Shown: positions 40,772-52,800 of the stretch, one piece after another
How positions within the stretch are numbered: position 1 is the stretch's first letter
Layout of the letters: every line of letters starts with the position of its first letter
Assembly (NCBI GenBank): GCA_951406725.2
Contig: OX597817.1
Coordinates: 175,088,001-175,152,000 of the forward strand
Direction of reading: 5' to 3'
DNA length: 64,000 nucleotides
Source: Octopus vulgaris
Taxonomy: Eukaryota
Program-made: the position numbers and the translations under genes
The notes under the pieces: generated by a model
Databases searched by the model: none
The model's input: only the letters and a program-made list of their open reading frames with translations
Told to the model about the DNA's origin: nothing

Positions 40772-42211
40772 ACAATTTGGTGCAAAAGTATTTGCAGTTT
40801 TTAACCATTATATCTCACCTCAGAATAAATTTTCTGAAATCAAAATAATAATCATTAGAATCTATAATAGCTATTAGAATTTGTTGCTAGCAAGAGAAAA
40901 GTCTATTTAATTCTGGTTACTTTGCATGCTGATGTCCTAGATGTGACAAATTCTTGAAAGTTGAGTTGTTGCATAGCTGTTGCTAAGAAAGAGTGGGGTG
41001 GGTCAGTTGGAGGGTGGTGTGCAGAGTAAGGTTAGTGGAGTATGGTTTTATAACTCATTTCAATTTCAGCAGAGTTATATGCAGGACATGGCTGGATGTT
41101 GTTGCAGAGAAGGAATGATACTTTTTGAAGACTGTAAATCCAGAAACATTTTCTCAATATTTGTTTTGACTAAGATGGCAAGCTGGCAGAATTGTTAGCA
41201 CACCATGCAAAATTCTAAGCTGCATTTCATGTCTTTATGTTCTGAGTTCAAATTCCACCATGGTCAATTTTGCCTTACATCAGTTTGGGGATCAATAAAA
41301 TAAGTATCAGTTGAGCACTAGGTTTGACATAATCAGCTTTCCCTCTCCTATGAACTTACTGACCTTGTGTCAAGATTTAAAATCAACATTTGTTTGGCAA
41401 GACATGTTTTTGCTTTGTTGGTTTTTTTGTCTAGTAAAAGATGACACCTCATGCAGACCATCCACAAGTAATCATAGCCCTTCTTTTTGAGGCTGTTTTG
41501 GTTTGGGAAAATCTTTCTGTACATCACTTCAGTTTAGCCACTCCAGCAGTTGTTATTTAGGATCCTCTTTTCATTACATCTCAGTGCGTGATCAGAAAAT
41601 GGGTCTATTCTGTATTAGAAAAGTGATGCAGAGCAGACTTTGTTTCAGTGACTTTTCTTCACCCTTAAGCTTTTGAAGCATCTATATGTTGAGCTTGTTT
41701 GACTTTCTCATGTTGTGATATAATATCATACAACAATGTCACACAACTGTGGAATAACCTACATTTAGTTCTTCACCAACTTCTAGTGATGTTTCTTATG
41801 GAGCCTCTCCAATAATGGGCTTCAGCTTGTCATCATCATTCACCTAAGATTGTCCATGGTTTTCAAAGCCATCATTTCCGTCATGCAATGTTTGTTATCA
41901 GTATTGAGCTGGTCATTCATTCATAGTTCCATGGTCAAATGTTTGGTTAAAGCCTGGAGCAGTTTTTGCTACTTTGCATGACATTTTTAACAAGTTACTT
42001 GAATTTGCATTTATGTTTCTTTCCTTCTTCAATTTGAAAGCTTAAAGCCAACAGAAATAAGCCAAGAAGTCTAGACCATTAGTGTAAGTAATTAGACTGT
42101 TATCTGCACATCAGAGTTACGTGAAATAGTTTAATGAAAGAGCATTCAAAACTAGGTGTTGAAGTTTAGAATAGAAACAAAAAAACTGCTAATATTTTTA
42201 TACCAACATTA
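40772..42211 (-). mobile_element. Full-span decayed mariner DNA transposon (transposase pseudogene)
   Basis: Mariner-like TIRs TTGGTGCAAAAGTATTTGCAGTTTTT / AAAAACTGCTAATATTTTTATACCAA. Minus-strand remnants NQTFDHGTMNE, DDDKLK, MITCGWS, LLCNNIQP (LLHDNARP) and ILH*PYS..PTD (HPPYSPDLSPTD) occur in the expected order. Confidence 0.75.
41172..41390 (+). mobile_element. SINE family B nested in the mariner element
   Basis: AAGATGGCAAGCTGGCAGAATTGTTAGCAC...GAGTTCAAATTCC. Confidence 0.75.
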
Positions 42212-42394
42212 TGTGTATGGTCCTGTGTATGTGTGTATGTATATACACACACCACAGGCATGTGTGTGAATGCACATATACACACTTGCATATGCATATG
42301 CACATGTATGTGTGTGTAAGTATATATATATATGTATGTATATGTGTGTATATATATATATGCATATATGTAAGTGTCTCTGTATATATATATG

Positions 42395-42450
<56 letters not shown>

Positions 42451-42460
42451 TATGTCTCTG

Positions 42461-42519
<59 letters not shown>

Positions 42520-42922
42520 GTTTATATATATGTCTCTATTGATGCATATTTATGGTAAATATGTGTGTGAGTGTGTATTTATATATATCTGTTCATTGAC
42601 TCACCTACATGGGTAAAAGTTTGAACAACCAACTAAGTGCTCTTAGATGCTACATCAAAAAAATGTTAGGATGCTTATTCAGCAGAAACATATGTTGGAT
42701 TGGAAATTACTGATAATAATACTGTAATATACAAATTTTGAAGATGCATAATTTTTCATTCTTCTTTATGAAGTTTTGTATGCTGTATGGAATCTAATAA
42801 AGCAAACTCAGGAGTTTCCTGTTGAGTGAAGTACCATATAATTGTTTATCTTTAACAATTGTGTAACATTTGATGTGGTTAGTCACATCTGGATTGTATC
42901 AGAGTACTAATAAGTATGTATA

Positions 42923-42980
<58 letters not shown>

Positions 42981-43397
42981 TTTACACACACACATATACA
43001 TACATATATATACATACATATACATACGTATATATATACATATGCACACACATATATGTATGTATATATATATGTGTGTTTATGAATATGTATATTCATA
43101 AAAGTATATATAAATTTATATGTATATTTGTATGTACATGTATGCGAGTATATATATTTATATATACATATATCATTGTGTATATATGCATATATGTATA
43201 TATATATATATGTATAAATATTTATATCTATATATATTGTACAACATGTATATATTTGTACAATATGTGTATATTTTTGTGTATATATGCAAGTATTTGT
43301 TACGTATATGTATTTGTTCATGTATAAATGCATGTACATACGTGTGTTGATGTATATGTGTGTATATGTATGTTTTATGCATACTTGTGTGTGTGTT

Positions 43398-43437
<40 letters not shown>

Positions 43438-43485
43438 CATCTAATTATAAATAAAATATATTTGCATACATATATATATATAGAT
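42212..43485. repeat. Two compound (TA)/(TG)/(CA) microsatellite blocks (42212-42590, 42915-43485)
   Basis: Seen directly. Confidence 0.9.
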
Positions 43486-46400
43486 ACTAGGTCTGTTAAG
43501 TAATAGTATGTCACCTGTTTTTGATTGTCTTTAAACCATGTAATTTCACCCAATTTATCCTACCCTGTTGTTAAATCTTGAGTCTGTTGCTAGTTATATT
43601 TGTTTGACTTGGGTATTAATGTTTAAAAGGGAGCTCATTGATTGTTGGTTATTTTGATTGTTGCAACGAGTGAAAAGTTCAATATTTGGGCTCTTGTCCT
43701 TCATCAGAGAATAGAAAATATCTCACAGCTTGGCCTACAACAACTTTTTGTTATTCTACTCCCTATTAAAGAGTGACCAAATCTTTAGACTTTATACTCA
43801 TTGCAATAATCAAACTTATCAGCATTCTTTGAGTAATTGTTACCAACACAATCTTTCACCAATTTCCTTGGATTCCTGAGTTTATTTTAGTTTTAGTTTT
43901 GGGTAATTATCCATAGTCTACAGAATAATGAGTTCCATTTGGCTGTTTTGCCTATACTTATTTCTTTAAATCAAACTCTTCAATAAGGCCTCCAGTTGCC
44001 AACAGTAGTGTTTGGGAATTTCAAAGTTATGTATCATAATTTTTGGAGAAACCTTAGTGTCTCTTTCAGATCAATTTATAATTATTTTGATACATTTCAT
44101 TGGTGTGGTACAGAATTTGTTTCATGTTTAAATTCAGTGTATTGAAATGAAAATGCTATTTAGTTTAGCTATTAGAGGTTAATGATTTAATAGTTCTGAG
44201 GATTTTAATTTACCTTATAAATGTTCAGAATAAAAGTTTTACTTTGGAAACCATTTTGTATAAAGATTTGTTTAGATTGTATTTATTGAATTCCCTGGTG
44301 TTATAGTTTTGCTGGTTTTTTTCCATCTTTTCTTTAAGTTGCATTTCATATTCACAAATATATATTGTTAGTGTTGTGTCCCAAGTCAACTCTAATTGAG
44401 CTGAATTATCATATACTATCTTTTTGTGTATCTAGAAGTACATTTAGTGAATGTGTCCTTCCTAAATTTGATCTGCCAGGTGTGATTTGAGAAATATTTA
44501 GCTACTATTTCTAGCAGATTGGACAACTCCATACAGGTTTCTTTGTGGGCTCACTATGAAATATTTAAGATTCTAAATGATTCTTCAGTGTATTACTTTC
44601 ATTTTTTTCTTTTGTTTATCTGCCATATATTTTTTCTTGATATTCTGGCTATAAATACAAAACGTGTTTCCCTGAACAAGATACAATTTTACTAAAGTTT
44701 AAAATTTCTGAATTAGTAAATCTTAGATAATGTCAAGGATATGTTACTTCTATTTAATAGGTTTTGTAATATGATACCTTTATATAACTATAAAACAAAT
44801 TAAACTATAGCTAAGAAGACATCATAAATGTCAGAAGGCAGTTTTACTATCATAGTAAACTATAGGATTTAAATCAAATGCTTTTATATTTTGTGAGAAA
44901 GTTAAATTTATTTTAACTTATGATTCTGGACAACAATTATGATTAACTTTTTAAAATATATAGAAATATCAACAAGTAAAACCTGCCAAGACTTTGGAAA
45001 TTATTATGAAATGTTCACATTGTTTATGTGGTAATATATAGATTTTGCTACAAAATTTTAACTTAACATCCATGGCTAAAGAAGAAATTGTTCATAATTT
45101 AAGCCTATTATTGTATTATTTGAATAGCAAATACTTAATGATTTTGAAAATGAGGAAAAATTATTGGTTTTGATTTAAAGATGACATAATTCCTTGAGTT
45201 TTGTGATTGGAATGGCAAATTGATTGAAAATTTCCTTGATACTGATTCCTTTCTGACTGGAAAGAGGAATTATCAAAAGAATAGATTCAGCAACATTGAA
45301 TTGATTTTAAAAAATTCATTATGGTCCTGCTGGATAATGTATAGGAATATGTAATATGCATTGCCCAAGATTTTAATTTTCATTAGCAAACCAGGTGTGT
45401 GTTCGGCTTATATTTTAATTAATTCCATTAACTTTACCATCTTACTGTGACCAACTTTTCCATTTATAGGTGAATAGTTGGCCTTTAAAGAAGATACGCT
45501 ACTCTAAAAGTTCTTGCCCCAATAATTCATGCGAGATATCTAATCACCTTTCAACATGAAAGGAGATGGTGTTGGGGTTGAAGAACTGAAATATCATAAA
45601 TATTCCTAAAACTTTCAGTTAAATCTTCTTTTATTGGTTGTTATTTTTATAATTGATGTGATTCATTCTTGATTACATGTTGCTTGTAAGGTCATCAGGC
45701 TATTTCCATCATATTTGATGATACTTGCCTGTCAATAAAGAATACAAGCAAGCAAAACATAAAAGAAAAAAAAAAACTACAACAAAAAGTAAGGAATTAG
45801 TTATTTCTGAATTCACTTAAATCTATTATTCTAGAAGAGATTGTCTGAAATTGCAAATGTTTGTGTCAATCAATAAATATTCCATTAAAAATTCATTCGT
45901 AATGAATTTTCTAATCTTTATTTCAAATACTTTTAACATAATTACTGAGATTTCTAATACAGAGAATATCAAGAGTAAATTGGTTATATAAAAATTTTGT
46001 CACATATGGTTACATTCTGAGCTTTTAAATGTTTATTATCTACTTTGATATAAACTTTTTTTAGAGGTGTTATATTCTTATTATAGAGATGTTGTATTCT
46101 TGAAGGTCTTGCCATAATTTGCAATTACATAACATAAAACATATTTTCTCAGTGGCTTCCAAATAATGTGAAAGTCAGTGGAAAATAGGGTCCACATTAT
46201 GAAATTTCATATTACAGCAAGATTTCCTGGAATGCAACATTACCTTATTGTAGGGGATGCTTGTATTTTTCACAATAAAACATAGTTGGTCAAAGGTAAA
46301 ATGTGATGTTATTTGTTCAAATTTTCATTTATTATGAGAGTTAGATGTGTATAAACAAATCTTTGTTGTCAGTTATACAAACCATATACATTCAGTAACA

Positions 46401-46843
46401 GTTCTTTGTAGTATATTTCCTTGCTATTATTGTTGAGAGAACACAATATTCAATGTGTTGTTTATCTTCAGACTTTTGTTTTAAGATATTCTGTATGTTT
46501 CTCCTTTTTTATTGTATCAGGACTAGTTGTTGTAATATATTTGTACTTCACGCTTTTCATATACTGCTGTTGTTTCCAAGTGATATAACTTTCCATTTGT
46601 CAGAGACAAATAGGTTTTCAGTGATTCTTTAGTAACAGAATAGTTTAGTTAAATGTTTGAAGCAGTTTATGATTTGTGTTGTAGAAAGTTTTATCTGAAA
46701 ATGTATTAGCAAAGTGGGGGAAAATAACTCAAAGGATTTTTGTAACATTTTGAACCTATTGTTGTTTGTGTTGTTTAAATTGGTAGGTTTCATGTTTTTT
46801 ATTCTACCTTGTGGTTGCAAGAATAAATGCCATCCTCTTTCAG

Positions 46844-49800
46844 ATACACATGGAGATGGTATGTATGGTGCAGATGAAGGAGTGGTTTTGACTTCTCCTC
46901 CCTCAACATGTGATCGTGATGAGAGCTATGCAAAAGGGATTCCGCCGTACGGCTTGCTGACACATTCATCACAAGATGGGTTTTCTTCTTCCGATAAAAC
47001 AGGTGATGTCACTTCTCCTGCTGATGCTTGTTATGAGTTTCATACTGCTACACCTGACATTACTTCCCCTCCATCACCTGATTCTCATGGTGATATAAGT
47101 ATTTTATCAGCTCAAGGGCAACAAGTTCAACCTTCGTCCCTCCACGAAAGTGTTAGCCCTCATGTAATTGAAAAGGATGTAAAACCTCATACGATAACTT
47201 TTAGTACTTCGGCTAATCCCAAACCCCAAATTACAGGAATGGAGTTGAATATTGAAAAAACTGAATTTCCTTCACTGCAGGGTTTAGAAAGTTGTGATAA
47301 TGGTACCAAGTCTTTCAATAAATCTCAGTGCCTGCCTTCTGAAACAAATGTCAAAAGTATGGATGTAGTAGATAGTTCTAAACCTTCATTAGAACATGTT
47401 TCCGAGCTTGAAGTTGATGTCAGCAAAGCACCCCAGTCTGATGGAGCATCTGCTGCAAGCAGCAAATCTGAAGGGAGCAAAGAAACTTTGACATTAATTT
47501 CATCAGAATCTTGTCAAATATCTATTACCAAAACTGAAGAAGAAAGTGATTCCGAATCTGAAGAAAATTCTGTTATAGAGAGAGATCCCTCACTGCTGGA
47601 CTCTGATTCAACAGGTTACGGAGACCAGAAGTCTGACACTGATAGCTCGTATGTTGAAGAAGAAGAAGTGTCAATTTCTGATTCAGACGAATCAATTCCT
47701 TTTGGAAACTCTGATAATAAAGAAACAGAAAAGAAGAAATCTTTTGATGAAGAATTAATTTCGAAACAAACTGCTGCTGAAACTTCATATATTGAAAGTC
47801 AAGAAAGGATGCCTACATTTTATACTGATGCTTTGGATTCTCGACAAAATCATGAAGCATCCAGTACAAGTGCAGACAGCAAGAAAGAGTGCCAAAAAAG
47901 TGAAGTTATTGCGAAATCTAAGGTTGGTTCACTGTCGAGTAGTGACTCAACTTCAGATTCAGCAGCAAGTATCATAGAAACTGTACCTCAGAAATTGAAA
48001 TCTGAACTGTCATCAGTGTCTCAAAAATCTACAACGTCAAATGTAGTAGAAACTTCAAGTGCAGTGAAGTTGTTATCGTCAGTTGAGGAAGATGATCCAA
48101 ATTTTCAGGAAGGCCCTCAAACTGTTGAAGACAGTTCTTCAGATAGGGATGAATATATGTATACATCCGATATTGAAGCTAAAGTCATCCAAGAAAAAAT
48201 TGAATCTCTCATTTCAGAAGTAGCTGAAGAAATGAGAAAAGGTCAATGCTCATTTGATGAAACAATAAAGGAATATCATACAGAAACTCTTAAGGCATTG
48301 GAAGCTGTTGAGGGTGATAATCATTCCTCAGGAGATATGCCTGATGAGAGTTTGGAACAGTACTATTCTTTAGATGAAACTCACAGTGTTGACAGTAATG
48401 AGACACTTGAATTTGCTGAAGAAAGTGCTGAAATGAAAGATACAGAAATGGTTGTGACAGCTGACATGACAGCATCTGATGATGTGATGAAAAAGGTTGT
48501 GGATGACTCTAAAAAGAGCTTCGAAGAAGAAAGTTTGAAAAAAAGTGTAATATCCCCTAAGATGGATATTGGTAGCTTGTCAGAGTTGGAAGCAGTTCCT
48601 TCTAAAGTTGAAAAGTCTATTTTGGAAGCTAAAGTGGTTTCAATAGAAGGAAATCCAACAGAGACAGAAGAGGCCCACAGAAAAAGTATGGAAACATGTC
48701 CAACTGACAAAGCTCATATACAAGAGGTAAGTGTGAAAGACCAAAGCAAGGAAGCATCAGAAACAAGCAAGGAGGTTGAATGTTTGAGGGAAATAAAAAC
48801 GAAACCAAAGGAGAGCGATACCCATTTGGAAGAAGACTCACAAGATATTACTGGTATACCTTCTGGTACTTATCTTGGGAAAAGACTAAGCCTTGTAGAA
48901 AGTCCCCGCGAAATGATGGAAATTGCTAGAAGAGGAAGTATCATTGACACAAAGTCAGTTTTTTCTGAGGTTACCCAAGTGAAGCCGATAGAATCCTCTC
49001 CCATAGTAGTTAAAGAGCAAACAGCAATTTCAGAGCCTGCACCCACATTAATAAAAATGGATGTAAAATATACAGAAACTGTTCCTCCTCTAGCAAAAGA
49101 GGAAATATTCATTGAAAAGACTGCACCTTGTGAGGTTGAAGAAATAAAAGCAGTAGAGACTGAAGAAATTGTGGTTAAAAGTGTACAACCTACAGAATCA
49201 GTTTCTCTTTTTGAAAAAATAGAACATCCTGAAACAACTGCATATCCTCTAATTAAAGAAGAGAAGGCTATTAAAATGATCCCATGTACTCCACCGGAAT
49301 CCACTGTACATGAAGTAAAACTAAAAGAGACTGCACCTTCTGGGATTAAAGAAGAAAAAGCTATTAAAACAATCCCTTGTACTCCGCCTGAACCCATAAA
49401 ACAAGAAGTAAAGCCATTAGAAACTGCATCCGCAATGATCAAACAAGAGCTAAAAGAAGATGTTGAGGCTGCACCTTTAGTTAAAAAAGAAGAAACTCCA
49501 GCAGAAACTACATCCACAGTGATAAAAGAAGAAGTAAAACCAGCAGATACTGCACCAACAGTGATAAAAGAAGAGGTGAAACAAGTTGAAACAACTCCTA
49601 CAATGGTTAAAGAGGAGGTAAAACCAGCTGAGACTGTACTTACAGAGGTTAAAGAGGAGATAAACCATTTAAAAGAAACAACTTTCGACTCACAAGATAT
49701 TGCCAGTGTTCCTCCTGATACTTTTCTGGAAAAAAGACTAAGTCTGGTAGAATTTATATCAGAAAATCCATTAGAAGTTATGGATTTAACCAGAAGTGGA

Positions 49801-52800
49801 AGCATTATCAAAACAACTGAACCAGACAAAACTGATGATAATCCTGGTGATGGTGAAAAATCACATATTAAAAATGGTATAAATCCCACAAAAACTGAAT
49901 CTGCTGAAGTCAAAGAAGAGACTTTGTGTGTCAGTACTGAACCCGGTGAAACAAAACCCCCCTCTGGTACAGATAAAGATGAAGCAAAATTAAAAGAAGC
50001 TGCCAAAGATGATGAGCCAGAAATATTTAAAAGTGCTGTTTCTATAACTGAAGAAAGTATAAAACCAACTCAACCTGTTCCTGCAAACATTGAAGAGGAA
50101 ATGAAAGCAGCAGAAATTGCATCTGCAGAGGTTAAAGAGAAAGTAAAGCCAGTAGAAACTGCGTCTACAGGTGCAGAAGTAGAGGTAAAACCGACAGAAG
50201 CTGTAATTATGGAGAAAGAATTAGACAAGATAACTCCAGATATAAAAGAACTAAAACCTACAAAGATGGCGCCTATAGAGTTTCCAGAAGAAACGTTGAT
50301 TGATATTGCAGATGATGAGCTAAAACCTGCCAAGATTGCCCCCATGGAAATTTCACTTGCAAAGGTTGAAGAAGTAAAACCAACGGAAACTGCATTTACA
50401 GAGATCAAAGAAGTGACGCCTGCAGGAATGGTAACCACAGAAGAAATACCAGCAGAAAATGTAGCCACAGTGATAAAAGAAGAAATAACAGCTTCAAAGT
50501 TTGAAGCAGTGACGATGCCTGTAGAGACAGCATCTGAAGAAAGTGTAAAACTAATAGAGACAGGACCGTTAACTGCAGAAGTGGAAGTAAAATCTGCAGA
50601 AATTTTAAAGACCTTGGCTAAAGATGATGTTGCAAGTGAAGAAGCTGTGCCTACAAAAGTTAAAGAGGAAACAGCTCAAGAACCAGCATGTGTAGAAGTC
50701 AAAGATGTTGACATTATTGCATTTCAAGAGAAAGATGAAATACAACCAGCAGATACCAAACCTCCTGTGATCAAAGAAATGAAACCTGCAGATACTCTAG
50801 TCAAAGAGGAATTAGAGTTTGTAGAGGCTCTGCAAACAACAAAACCTTTAGAAACCCTCCCCGTGGAAGCCACTGTGGAAGTAAAACTGTCCAAAACTAC
50901 TCCCATGGAAGAGCCAGATCAAATGAAAGTTTTAGAAGGGGCAACTGTTGAAATGAAGCCTCCAGATTCTAGTATTATTCATGTTGAACCTGCCAGCGTG
51001 ACATTGAGTGAAGGTGTGAAACCGACCGATGTTGCCGCTATAAAAGAAGATAGCCCTGAAGAGGTTATGTCTAGCAAAGCAAAAGAAGAAAAAAGTGGAT
51101 CTGAAATGATGGCTGATTCAGATGACAAGAGTGCACTCTTGGTCACTGCACCTGAAGAACATGCAGAGGTTATTATTGAAAAGAAAACAATTGTGGAAGT
51201 TCAAACCAAAGCAACTACTGAAGATCCTTTGAAGGGTGCTGAAGAAATAGCTCTCGATAAAGAAATATCTCAAAGTGTTACTAAAGAGCAGACAGATGTA
51301 TTGGATGCACCGTGTGAAGTTGCAGAGAAAGTAAGACCTGGTACTAGTGAGGAATCATTACCTGTTCAAGAGAATGTTATGCATGAATCTATCACAACTG
51401 AATTTGCTAACAAGATAGATTTAGAAAAATCTGAGTTAGAAGATTTTATCCAAATGGGTCAACCTGAAAAATCACCAAGTTCTAGTTTAGCATTTGTTAA
51501 AGAACCTGATTCTCATAGTTTAAGTGATCAAATTGAATCATCTATTAGCTATCATAGTAAAGACATTGAGAAGGAAGCTATAATTACTGAAGTACAGGAT
51601 GAGCATAAATCAAGTAGTATTGACTTAGTTACCGATGCTAATTTAAATGCCTTAGAGGCACCGAGTTTTGAAACTGTAGTTGAAAAGCCAGCTGATAATC
51701 TTTCAAAAGCTGATCTAAAAGAATCTGAGGCATCAAAAGATGCCTCCAAGACTGATGAAGTCGCAAAGAGGATAGCTGAGGCTACAGTCTGTGAGGTTGT
51801 GGAGAAAGTACACCCATCTGACTCCGCAACAACTAAGATTGTAGAGAAAGTAAATCTGAGCAGTGCTGCAACAGCTGAGCTTGTAGAGGAAGGAGGAAAA
51901 GCTGACACTACAACCTCTGATGTTGCAGAAGTAATCCAATCAGTTGTGACTGCCGAAAGTAAGTCTGATGGTAGAGAGGAGAAATATGAGGACAAGGACA
52001 TGAAACAACCGTCGAAACATACAGCTGAGACAGTGTCTTCTGAGCAAGAACTGGAGTCTACTAAAAATGTGAGTGGAATTTCACTGCAAGATGTTAAACC
52101 GTCTGAGACTGCAACATTTGCTGTTGCAAAAGATCTAATAATGCCTGACAATTTAACCGATGATGTCAAACCATCAACCGAAACTGCACCCACAACTGAT
52201 TGTGTAAAGAAGGATGATGATGCAGTCGATGCATTTGTTGCACCAGTAGCATCCATTCAACATGAACCAATAGCAAGACAGTCAATGGAAGAAAGTCAGA
52301 TTGACAAAACAACTATGGTGGAAAAATCAGATGCAGAAAAGCTAGAAGTTGATCTTCCAGGAAGTTCATTACAAGAGTTTGGCCAGGAATATGATGAGAA
52401 AGGTGATGAAGTAGAATTAAGCAAAGATACTCATGCAAAAGTAAAGGATATGAATGTAGTTGATATCAGTAAAGAAGGTGAAGACGTAGTAGACTTATTA
52501 GATTCAGGGGCTTCATCTGAAGGGGTTAGTAATATAGAAGGTACAGATGTAGCAACTGCAAAAATTGAAGCTAAAATAGTTGAAGAAGAAAGAAAACTAT
52601 TAACAGAGATTAAGCCAGAAGAAGTTCAGAAAGTTACAGTTGCAGAACCTGCAATAGAACTGGTGCAAGAAGAGACATCTGCTAAAATTGTTCCTGGAGA
52701 TGTTGAAGTGAAAGAATCACAGAGAGAATATGAAGAAATGACTTGCGGAAAAGAAGAGGAGATTATGAAACCAGCCGAGAGTGCACCACCATTGGCTAAA

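Noticed and set aside
45470-45570. Candidate internal exon after CATTTATAG
   Set aside because: Immediate stop in the required phase 1, and no convincing donor.
46714-46843. Hydrophobic N-terminus of the 3421-aa ORF resembling a signal or TM segment
   Set aside because: GTG start and T-rich sequence upstream of a good splice acceptor; most likely intronic read-through.
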